From an uncultured Verrucomicrobiota bacterium (GTDB lineage Bacteria; Verrucomicrobiota; Kiritimatiellia; Kiritimatiellales; Pontiellaceae), in assembly GCA_964483355.1 (NCBI GenBank), contig CAZABK010000003.1, positions 14,584-78,583 on the forward strand: 64,000 nucleotides of DNA, in the 5' to 3' direction. Below the pieces are notes generated by a model that was given only the letters and a program-made list of their open reading frames with translations, did not search any database and was not told the origin of the DNA. The position numbers and the translations under genes were made by a program. Shown here one piece after another: positions 49,141 through 57,324 of this stretch. The first letter of the stretch is position 1; each line of letters begins with the position of its first letter.

Positions 49141-50172
49141 ATGAAACAGATCAATGTCCGACAAATCGCCGCCGAAACCGGCGTATCCATCGCCACCATT
49201 TCACGTGTCATCAACGGGAAAAGCGGCGTCGGCGAAGAAAAACGGAAACTGGTGCATGCCGCCCTCCTGAAACACAACTACGTGCTGAACTCCCATCTTG
49301 CCAAAGAGCGCAAAATTGCGCTTCTGTGCGGCACATCCCACGGAGAATACGTGGGAGAACTCTTCAATGGAATTCATGAATACGCGCGCAAAAACGCCAT
49401 CAACACAGCCCTGATCTTTAATAATGAATCCCTGAAAATGACCGCCTTCGAACAGCTGCGCGACCAGCAGTGCTCCGGCGTCATCGTCATCGCCCCCAAC
49501 CGCTTCCGCAATGAATTCGACACACTGGCCGGCTCCGAGCTGCCGGTCATCCTGATCGACGAAACCGTTCGCAAGGACGGACTGGGCTTCATCAATCACG
49601 ACGCGGCAAAAGGCTCCAAAGCCGCAGCAGAACATCTGTTGGAACTGGGACACAAAAACATCGGATATATCCGCTACGGAATTCGCACAGCCAATCACAC
49701 CAACCGCTTCAAGGCCTACAAAACCGTACTCAAAAAAGCCGGCATGGACATTCCGGATCACTGGCACGTTGAAACCGATGCAGACAAACCATCTCTGGAA
49801 GCCGCATATCAAGCCGCATCACAGCTCATGGAACAGGCCCCGGAACTCACCGCCGTCATGACCACCAACGACTCGCTGGCCATCGGCGCAATGAAAGCCA
49901 TCATCGACTCCGGAAAAAGAGTCCCAGAAGACATTTCCATCGTCGGCTACGACAACTACGACTTTTCGGAATACACCAACCCGGCACTGACGACCGTTCA
50001 TCATCCGATCCGCGAAATCGGCTTCCAGGCCGCCGAAGCCATCAACACCTACTTTCAGGATCCCAAACACACAGCCCTGCCGCAAAAAAGCCTCCCGACC
50101 CAACTGATCATCCGCGACTCAACCTGCCCGCCCCGGAAACAAAAACCGGCCACGCGACGAAAAGGTTACTGA
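49141..50172 (+). CDS. LacI-family transcriptional regulator
   Basis: IAAETGVSIATISRVING HTH; NDSLAIG..KA, DISIVGYD and LTTV..P motifs. Confidence 0.95.
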   Translation: MKQINVRQIAAETGVSIATISRVINGKSGVGEEKRKLVHAALLKHNYVLNSHLAKERKIALLCGTSHGEYVGELFNGIHEYARKNAINTALIFNNESLKMTAFEQLRDQQCSGVIVIAPNRFRNEFDTLAGSELPVILIDETVRKDGLGFINHDAAKGSKAAAEHLLELGHKNIGYIRYGIRTANHTNRFKAYKTVLKKAGMDIPDHWHVETDADKPSLEAAYQAASQLMEQAPELTAVMTTNDSLAIGAMKAIIDSGKRVPEDISIVGYDNYDFSEYTNPALTTVHHPIREIGFQAAEAINTYFQDPKHTALPQKSLPTQLIIRDSTCPPRKQKPATRRKGY

Positions 50173-50200
50173 CCCTATTTCAGGCGATCACGGTGCGCAC

Positions 50201-50227
50201 GGACCTGCCCGGAGGTCGCGTTCCACC
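50201..50227 (-). repeat. REP-like element
   Basis: 21 bp identical to 26419-26439; lies between convergent genes. Confidence 0.65.
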
Positions 50228-50251
50228 CAATGCGTTGCTCGCGCAGCTCTA

Positions 50252-51829
50252 TTACTTCGTTAACTCAATCGCATCCAGAATCAGAGCGAGCGCTTCGCGC
50301 CCGATTTTAGCGACAGGACGGCGGTAGCCTTCCGGCAGCGCGTTGATGTGTTGCTGGAGCATTTCGCCGTTCTGCGGGTCGTCCTGATAGATCAGCCCGA
50401 CATCGGGATCATCGAGCCCGAAGTCCGGCTGCGGATATTTTTTCCAACCACTTGTCGCGCCGGAGCCGGGCGAAGGCGGATTGGAATCCACCGCGTCGGT
50501 CGCGCCCTCTTTTTCCAGGGTTTGGAACAATCGGGTACGCATGCTTTCCAAGGTTTGGAAAAAATCTGGATCGACGGTGACGTCGCGGCCGTCCATTTCC
50601 ATGGCCGGGCCGCTGATATCGAACAGCCACTCTTTGCGGTCGGCAGCGCTGTAGACATATTTAAAATCGCGCGTTGCAAGCATGTAGAGACCGAGATCTT
50701 TCTGCTGGAACTGACTGATGACACTGCGTGTCTTTTCTTTGCCGGCGGCGATTTCCACGAGGTTCGTTCCATACGATTCAGCATCAACACCTGCGGCAGA
50801 CAGAAGCGTCGGCCAAATGTCGAGCAGCGAAACCGGCGTGTCGCACTGCCCATTGGACGCGAAGTTTTTCGGCCAGCGGGCGAGCATTGGAACGCGGACG
50901 GAGGGGTCGAGCATGGTGCGCTTGCCGACGGAACCGTAGTCGCCGAGCAGCTCGCCGTGGTCGGAAGTGAGAATGATGAGTGTGTTGTCGAGTTCGCCCG
51001 ATTCTTCCAATGTTTGGAAAACGCGGCCGATGTTGTAATCGACGAACGAGACGCAGGCCATGTAGGCGGCGCGCAGGGTGCGCATCAGGTTGCCGTCGCT
51101 TCCGTTGTCGCGCCACTTGTAGCGGTTCTGGATTCGATTCCAGATGCAGAGCAGACCGTCGCTGTTTTCCGGCACAAACGGATAGCCGCTCTCTTCGGGG
51201 CGGTAGAGTTTGCTCCACGGTGTCGGCGACTCAAACGGAGGGTGCGGCTTGACCCAGCTCGACCAGAGAAAGAACGGGCGCGAAGTATCGCGGCGCTTCA
51301 GAAAGTCGATGGAACGGTCGGCCACCCAAGTAGATTGATGGTGTTCGGGCGGAAGCTGCGACGGCTGCGGAATATAATAGTATTCGCTGCGCAGGCCGCC
51401 GTCTTCGAGCACATGGCCGAATCCGTGTTCCTTCAGATAAGAATAATAGTCGTTGCCGTCGTGCTTCACCTCTTCGGCGACATCGCGGCTTTCGTAGCCC
51501 CACATGCGCAAGTGGTCGGGCGTAAAGTGCATCTTGCCGGTGCCGTGGGTCTGATAGCCCGCATCGCGCAGGTGCTCCATCAAGCTCGGCAAATCCTGCG
51601 GCATGGCGACGTTGTCGGTGCAGCCGGTCACATGCGCCGGCTGGCCGGTGACCATGCAGCAGCGTCCGGAAATGCAGACCGGCGACGGCGTGTAGGCGCG
51701 GGTGAAGGCGGTGCCTTCGGCGGCCAGCCGGTCCATAGCCGGGGTTTTGATGGTGTCGTTGCCCAGCGCGGCGATCGTGTCGAACCGCTGCTGATCGGTA
51801 AATAAAAGTAAGATGTTGGGCTGCTTCAT
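50252..51829 (-). CDS. Sulfatase with CxSxR variant signature
   Basis: PNILLLFTDQ, SPVCISGRCCMVTG, GKMH, KPHPPF and SDHGELLG. Confidence 0.9.
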   Translation of the reverse strand: MKQPNILLLFTDQQRFDTIAALGNDTIKTPAMDRLAAEGTAFTRAYTPSPVCISGRCCMVTGQPAHVTGCTDNVAMPQDLPSLMEHLRDAGYQTHGTGKMHFTPDHLRMWGYESRDVAEEVKHDGNDYYSYLKEHGFGHVLEDGGLRSEYYYIPQPSQLPPEHHQSTWVADRSIDFLKRRDTSRPFFLWSSWVKPHPPFESPTPWSKLYRPEESGYPFVPENSDGLLCIWNRIQNRYKWRDNGSDGNLMRTLRAAYMACVSFVDYNIGRVFQTLEESGELDNTLIILTSDHGELLGDYGSVGKRTMLDPSVRVPMLARWPKNFASNGQCDTPVSLLDIWPTLLSAAGVDAESYGTNLVEIAAGKEKTRSVISQFQQKDLGLYMLATRDFKYVYSAADRKEWLFDISGPAMEMDGRDVTVDPDFFQTLESMRTRLFQTLEKEGATDAVDSNPPSPGSGATSGWKKYPQPDFGLDDPDVGLIYQDDPQNGEMLQQHINALPEGYRRPVAKIGREALALILDAIELTK

Positions 51830-51866
51830 AGGATATCGTTCTCTTCTTTTTTACGACCGAATCGGC

Positions 51867-53054
51867 CTACGGCTCTCCCAGGCCGAAAATGCGTTCGGCT
51901 TCGAGCTGAGTATCCTCAAGTTCTCTCGTATGCAGGGTATAGTTCACCCCCACTTCAAGAGAGTCCCCGACGTCCAACTCGGTCAGCGGACCAAGCAGCT
52001 CCAGCTCGATATAATCGGATGAACCGGACGTAAAGATTTCCAGACTGCAGTCCGAGTCGGGATACGACCGGCCGGACAGGCGCGGCGTGCTCATTTCCAG
52101 ACAGACCTCGTCTCCAACCCACAGCATGCGCTCGCCGTCCGAACCGACCTTCCGATTCTCCGGATCGCGGGAGAATGAGACCAGCCCGTTGGTAACGGAC
52201 AGGTCAGACGGCGGCGTCTCCTTCAACAGGGTGTATCCAGAGGAAAACACGGAATTGGATACAACCGGAAAAAACAGGCGCTCCGGGTCCTGCAGCTGCG
52301 TAATAGTCCAGGCACCTATTGTGCAGGCCGAACCGGAAATCTTTTTATAGACCGTGGTCACCCGCATGCGTGTTTCTCCGGGGAAAAGACGAATATGACG
52401 CTCTACCTTAATGCCGTATTCCGCATCCACCGGCGATGTCAGCACCACTTCGCCATTTGCCACACTCATCGTGAACGACTCACCGTCAAATCCGCTCGGC
52501 GGGGGCCACCCCCACTCGGACTGCGGCGCGGGCCACACCTTGTCGCCGCCGAAATTCTGCCAGCCGCCCGACGCTTCCACGCCATCCAGCGAGCGGTCCG
52601 CCCAAAATACACCCTCGGAGCCTGTCATACCGAACTGCATAATCCGCCCGATCTCAGGTACGACAACTGCGTAAGCCGGGCCATTGCTGATGCAGACGGC
52701 ATTGGACCAGCCGCGATAAGTCAGGTCTTCGGAATGATTGGCCGGGTCAATCCGCACCCGATAATAAGCCGCATCACCAGGATCAAACGAATAATCGTCA
52801 AGCACAGTATTCGTGTCCGAGGCATAGCATGTTGTCAGCGACTGCCAGTCAGGATCATCCAGTTGTAAACTCCGCTCCACGGTCAGTACGGAACCGGTCT
52901 GGGAAGAAACCCCGACCGACAACCGATTACTGCTCACATCCAGATCCGTAACCGTCGGTGCCGGCAGGTCTGCCGAAGCGGTTCCGACGACTGCCGGCAC
53001 AGCCAGCATCCATATCGCTCGTTGTCTGTTATTCATCTCAATCGTCCTGTTCAT
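51867..53054 (-). CDS. Exported protein with DUF4380-like (aldose epimerase-like fold) domain
   Basis: Signal peptide; ~80-aa N-terminal beta domain ending AAYYRVR; VPEIGRIMQF and NFGGDKVWPAPQSEWGWPP motifs. Start uncertain (53063, 53054 or 53036). Confidence 0.6.
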   Translation of the reverse strand: MNRTIEMNNRQRAIWMLAVPAVVGTASADLPAPTVTDLDVSSNRLSVGVSSQTGSVLTVERSLQLDDPDWQSLTTCYASDTNTVLDDYSFDPGDAAYYRVRIDPANHSEDLTYRGWSNAVCISNGPAYAVVVPEIGRIMQFGMTGSEGVFWADRSLDGVEASGGWQNFGGDKVWPAPQSEWGWPPPSGFDGESFTMSVANGEVVLTSPVDAEYGIKVERHIRLFPGETRMRVTTVYKKISGSACTIGAWTITQLQDPERLFFPVVSNSVFSSGYTLLKETPPSDLSVTNGLVSFSRDPENRKVGSDGERMLWVGDEVCLEMSTPRLSGRSYPDSDCSLEIFTSGSSDYIELELLGPLTELDVGDSLEVGVNYTLHTRELEDTQLEAERIFGLGEP

Positions 53055-53088
53055 GGTGTTCAATGATTCGATTTAAAAAATGCACCTG

Positions 53089-54519
53089 TCAGTCTGACAG
53101 CGGTGCGGACACATGCGCCATGGTCATTTCGTGCGCACGACCGGGAATCAGCTTGGCCCCGTCGGTGAATCCTTCGGGCCGCCCTTTCAGCTTTTCAATC
53201 AAACGCCGGCGCCACGGGTCGAGATCAGCCGAATCGGACAGGTCGTTCAGCTCGTTCGGATCGTCGTCCAGATTAAACAGCTGCTCGGAGCCGTCATCGG
53301 AATGCCAGATATACTTTTCGCGCCCGTCGGTCAGCATGTGCCACATGAGGCCGTCGTAGTCGCCGTGCTCCGCATGCACAAATCCGCGCTCGATGGAACC
53401 GCCTTTAAGCAGCGGCACCAGGCTGACGCCATCGACGGAATCCGGAATATCAACCCCGGCCAGCTCGAGGATCGTCGGCATCAGGTCTTCGAGGCTGACG
53501 GCCGTCGAACAGGCGGCCTCGCTGAGACAGCCAAACTTTTCCGGGACATACATCAGCAGCGGGATTCGCGCCGCCCCTTCATAGGGCCGCGACTTGCGGA
53601 ACATGTAGTGGTCGCCCAGCATTTCGCCGTGATCCGCGCAGAAAATGATAATGGTGTTTTCGGCCGTTTCCCGGTCGAGCCCGCACTGCGGTGCGAGCAA
53701 CCGGCAGATCTGCTCATCGATATGGTTGATCATGCCGTAGTAGCCTGCCTGGCAGGAGAGCAGATCCTCCCCTTCAAGGCAGGCGCGCGCGCAGTCCATC
53801 GGCAGGCCGACCCCGTCGTTTTCGGGCCGCTCGGCCCAGGTTCCAATGTTTGGAAGATGACTGCCCATGCGCAGATAGCGGTTCATATAAAATTCGGGCG
53901 GATAGAGCGGCGGGTGAGGCCCGGCAAAGCTGGCCACCAGAAAGAACGGACAGTCGGGGTCGCGCCGATCGAAAAAACGCAGGGCGGCATCAACCGTGCG
54001 GCAGCTCGGATGAAGCGTATCGTCGAGATTCCACGAACGGGCGGTGCGGCCGTTGGCATGCAGGCCGTGGCTCCAGCTCGGGTTGTATCCGTGGCCGGGA
54101 AGCTTTCCATCGTAGAGGTCATCGGGATGAACATCGCCGCAATGGGTCATTTCATCGAAGCCGAACCGTTTGCGGCGCGGATGCTGATGCATGTCGCGGC
54201 CGACAAGCTGGGTCTGATAGCCCGCCTTTTTGAGTTCACCCGGCAGCGTGGCCGCCGGGTACCACTCGCACTCCTCCACGTTGGACAGCATTCCGTGTGT
54301 TGCGGGAAACTGCCCGGCCATAAAACTGCGGCGCGCCGGAATGCACATGGGACACGGCGAATAGGCGTGCTCAAACCGCACACCGGCGGTCGCCAGCGCA
54401 TCGAGGTTGGGCGTTTTTACTTTGGGGTGCCCTTCCACGCCGAGCGCATCGCCGCGGAACTGGTCACACATGATCACTAAAAAATTGGGCCTGGTTTTCA
54501 TTTCAAATCTCTTTTTCAC
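53089..54519 (-). CDS. Sulfatase (Cys-type)
   Basis: PNFLVIMCDQ, CIPARRSFMAG, GPHPP, ADHGEMLG and LFNLDDDPNEL. Confidence 0.93.
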   Translation of the reverse strand: MKKRFEMKTRPNFLVIMCDQFRGDALGVEGHPKVKTPNLDALATAGVRFEHAYSPCPMCIPARRSFMAGQFPATHGMLSNVEECEWYPAATLPGELKKAGYQTQLVGRDMHQHPRRKRFGFDEMTHCGDVHPDDLYDGKLPGHGYNPSWSHGLHANGRTARSWNLDDTLHPSCRTVDAALRFFDRRDPDCPFFLVASFAGPHPPLYPPEFYMNRYLRMGSHLPNIGTWAERPENDGVGLPMDCARACLEGEDLLSCQAGYYGMINHIDEQICRLLAPQCGLDRETAENTIIIFCADHGEMLGDHYMFRKSRPYEGAARIPLLMYVPEKFGCLSEAACSTAVSLEDLMPTILELAGVDIPDSVDGVSLVPLLKGGSIERGFVHAEHGDYDGLMWHMLTDGREKYIWHSDDGSEQLFNLDDDPNELNDLSDSADLDPWRRRLIEKLKGRPEGFTDGAKLIPGRAHEMTMAHVSAPLSD

Positions 54520-54554
54520 GCTCGAATCCGACGCGGCAGCACGCCATCGCCTTT

Positions 54555-54564
54555 GTTACGTAAC
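54555..54564. promoter_or_regulatory. Operator copy
   Basis: Perfect GTTACGTAAC 36 nt upstream of the sulfatase start. Confidence 0.65.
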
Positions 54565-54705
54565 TGAATAAACCAAATCCGATCCGGCGGCGAGGTTTTT
54601 TTGACAAAATGATGGATAACAAAATTATTTTTCACAGGTATATCGGAAGCGTGACAGCACTCTCTTCATTATTTTGTTGGTGTCCGGTTCAATTTGGCAA
54701 GGCAC

Positions 54706-54744
54706 TTGACCACCGACACAACTTAAACTAGTTTGGTTAAACTA
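54706..54744 (+). promoter_or_regulatory. Antitoxin-type promoter with overlapping palindromes
   Basis: TTGACC at 54706; AAACTAGTTT and TAGTTT-ggtt-AAACTA palindromes over the -10 region; GAGG RBS. Confidence 0.55.
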
Positions 54745-54758
54745 AAAAAAGAGGCATC

Positions 54759-54917
54759 ATGACTACAGTCAGCCTGTTTGAAGCAAAAACCCATTTGTCC
54801 GCCCTGATGCTTGTCGCGGCCCGGCTTCGTCACATCGCCGGAACCAAGTGGGGTTCCAAACGCTACCTGAGCATGGAGCGGCTCTACGAGCTTGAGCGCA
54901 TGAAGGAGGCGATCTGA
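54759..54917 (+). pseudogene. 52-aa chimera: Phd/YefM antitoxin N-terminus fused to IS256-family transposase C-terminus
   Basis: MTTVSLFEAKTHLSAL (Phd pattern) continues into SALMLVAARLRHIAGTKWGSKRYL (IS256 C-terminal pattern). Not in the ORF track. Confidence 0.75.
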
Positions 54918-55039
54918 AAACCCCGATCAGCACACCTCGGCGTTGCCGAGGTGGAAACAGCAGGACCGGAACTTATCGTTTAAATTTTTAACAAACCGAG
55001 GACCTCAAAACAAAAGTGCGAAAGAATCTGTACACAACC
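54798..55039 (+). mobile_element. IS256-family right-end remnant
   Basis: Transposase C-terminal peptide, internal hairpin CACCTCGGC-gtt-GCCGAGGTG, and terminal AAAGTGCGAAAGAATCTGTACACAACC resembling IS256-family inverted repeats. Confidence 0.7.
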
Positions 55040-55135
55040 GAAGAGAGGCTTCGCGAACGCGAAGCAGCAACCGAAGGGAGCGGCAAACAACCGTGCGGGC
55101 CCAGGCGGCGGGGGTTCTCCGACGGGCTCGGGTCA

Positions 55136-56191
55136 TCATGAAAACGGATTGATGGTCCGGAGGCCAGGAAAGGCGGCGGTGACGGCGGCTTCGTTTTCTT
55201 CGAGGAAGAGGAGCTTAATGTTGGCGCCGGCATCAATGGTGAGATAGATCTCAAGGCCGTCGGCGCGCACGCGCTGCACTTTATGAATCATATCCATCGA
55301 TTCGGGCTGGAGATAGATGAGCGGCGGCCAGGCCGACATCATCGTCGCATGCATCGAAAGCGCGTTGCGTTCGGCGGTTTTTCCAAGCGTCGAAAAGTCG
55401 CGCGCGTCGATTGCGGCGCGGATAGTTTCGAGGTCGGCAGCGGCCTGCGCGGGCCAGCTTTGGTAGAGCCCGGAAGTTTCGACGGTGCGATTCATGCCGT
55501 CGCGCGAGCCGACGGGTTTCCTGGCATCAGAGAGCTCGAGGATGCCGATGCGGAACGCCGGCCACTCGGCATTGAGCTTTTCGGCAAACGAGTCGGTGCC
55601 GTCGGATTTTTTTCCGACGTGCCACTGCACGAAGCCGTTAAAGATGGAGCGCGTGGCACTGCCGCTGCCGAGGCGCGCGAGCATGGACAGCCGTTTTTTA
55701 TCGAGTCCCCACCCCGCCAGATCGTTGAGCGCCAGCACCAGCGCGGCAAAGCCGGAGGCCGACGAAGCCAGGCCGGCGGCGGTGGGAATATTGTTTTCGG
55801 TGCGAACCTCAAAACAGACATCACCCAGAAGCGGGCGGAAGAGGTCGAGGAAATCGGAAATGCGCTGAACAAACGAAGATTCCGCGGACTGAAGTTCGCC
55901 ATTCAGATATATCAGGTCCGAAGCGACGGGGACGCTGACTTTAAGCGACGGGGTAATTGCGCCTGAGGAAGCAATTACCCCGTCGCGTACCCGAATTTCG
56001 GTGCGGGTGCCGAGATCGCCGAGGGAGATGGAGAGACTGGAATTGACAGGCAGATTGAGCGCGGCGTCGCGCTTGCCCCAATATTTACACAGCGCAATAT
56101 TCGAGGCGGCAAAGGCCGAACCGCCCGCTTTGGGGTTTGCCGATGCGCCGGCGAGGATGTTTTTCACAAATTGGGATTGTATGTCGTTCAT
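55136..56191 (-). CDS. mvaD: Diphosphomevalonate decarboxylase
   Basis: SNIALCKYWGKRD..LNLP.NSSLS, NNIPTAAGLASSASGFAAL, RLGSGSA.RS and TIDAGANIK. Confidence 0.94.
   Translation of the reverse strand: MNDIQSQFVKNILAGASANPKAGGSAFAASNIALCKYWGKRDAALNLPVNSSLSISLGDLGTRTEIRVRDGVIASSGAITPSLKVSVPVASDLIYLNGELQSAESSFVQRISDFLDLFRPLLGDVCFEVRTENNIPTAAGLASSASGFAALVLALNDLAGWGLDKKRLSMLARLGSGSATRSIFNGFVQWHVGKKSDGTDSFAEKLNAEWPAFRIGILELSDARKPVGSRDGMNRTVETSGLYQSWPAQAAADLETIRAAIDARDFSTLGKTAERNALSMHATMMSAWPPLIYLQPESMDMIHKVQRVRADGLEIYLTIDAGANIKLLFLEENEAAVTAAFPGLRTINPFS
55923..55986. repeat. Palindromic element inside mvaD
   Basis: Perfect 16-bp inverted repeat GCGACGGGGTAATTGC (55945-60) / GCAATTACCCCGTCGC (55971-86), plus an extra AAGCGACGGGG copy. 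Confidence 0.8.
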
Positions 56192-56235
56192 GATTTCCTT
56201 CAGATGTTCGGCTGTTTAGAGAAATACCTATCCCT

Positions 56236-57324
56236 ATGAAGAAAAGCAACGTCACACTTATCGCCGCCGTATTAATTGCCATTCACGCCCTGATCGCGCT
56301 GGCGCTGATCAGCAGCGGCAAAAAAAAGCCGGAGCGCCCCGCGCCGGCGCCAGTTGCCGAGCAGGCACCAGTCCCGCAAAACACAGAACCGGTTGCAGAG
56401 TTCACGGTTCCGGAGCTCGACCTTGCGCTGCCGGTGGAGATTGTTGAGGCGCAGCCAGCCGCGCCGCGCGAAAACATTGCTATTCCCGCATCCCAGACGG
56501 GTCACCTGCGCACCGATCGCCCGGACCGCCGCACGTCGAAGGTTTATTCCAGCCTCGTCGACGAACCCTACCAAAGCGCGATTGTGGTGGATGCGCGCAC
56601 CGGCAAGATTTTGTTCGAGGATCGCGCCGCGGTTTATGCCTATCCGGCGAGCGTGACCAAGATGATGACGATGCTGATCGTGCTTGAGCAGGTTGACGCC
56701 GGACAGATTGCCCTCAGCGACAAGGTGACGATCACCAAAGAGGTGGCCGAGATTGGCGGCTCGCAGGTCTGGCTCGATCCGCGCGAAACCGACTTTACGG
56801 TGGATGACCTGCTCTATGCGCTGATGGTTCATTCGGCCAACGATGCGGCGCGCGCGCTGGCGCTGCACACGGCGGGTTCGAAGGCGGCGTTTGTGGAGAT
56901 GATGAACCAGAAGGCACGCGCGCTGGGCATGAATTCCACGAAATACCATTCCGACCACGGCCTGCCGCCCTCCAACGGCGAACAGCCTGATATCAGCACG
57001 GCCTACGACGTGGCACTGCTGAGCCTCGCCTGCCTGCGCCATCCGGAAACGCTGCGCTATTCCAGCACGGAGCTGAAATATATCCGCGGCGGCGAAACCA
57101 TGCTGGCCACCCGCAACGCGCTGGCCAAGCGGGTGGACGGATACACCGGCTGCGACGGCCTGAAAACCGGCTATCACAAAAAGGGCGGCTGGTCGCTGGC
57201 CTCCACTGCGGAGCGTAACGGCAAACGCGTCGTTTCAGTCGTCCTTGGGGCGCCCGACAAAGCGACGCGCAACGCCACCTCGCGCAAGCTGCTCGACCGC
57301 GGTTTTCAGGCGCTCGGACGCTGA
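56236..57324 (+). CDS. D-alanyl-D-alanine carboxypeptidase (S11)
   Basis: SxxK (PASVTK), SxN (HSAND) and KTG motifs; N-terminal TM anchor and Pro-rich linker. Confidence 0.93.
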   Translation: MKKSNVTLIAAVLIAIHALIALALISSGKKKPERPAPAPVAEQAPVPQNTEPVAEFTVPELDLALPVEIVEAQPAAPRENIAIPASQTGHLRTDRPDRRTSKVYSSLVDEPYQSAIVVDARTGKILFEDRAAVYAYPASVTKMMTMLIVLEQVDAGQIALSDKVTITKEVAEIGGSQVWLDPRETDFTVDDLLYALMVHSANDAARALALHTAGSKAAFVEMMNQKARALGMNSTKYHSDHGLPPSNGEQPDISTAYDVALLSLACLRHPETLRYSSTELKYIRGGETMLATRNALAKRVDGYTGCDGLKTGYHKKGGWSLASTAERNGKRVVSVVLGAPDKATRNATSRKLLDRGFQALGR

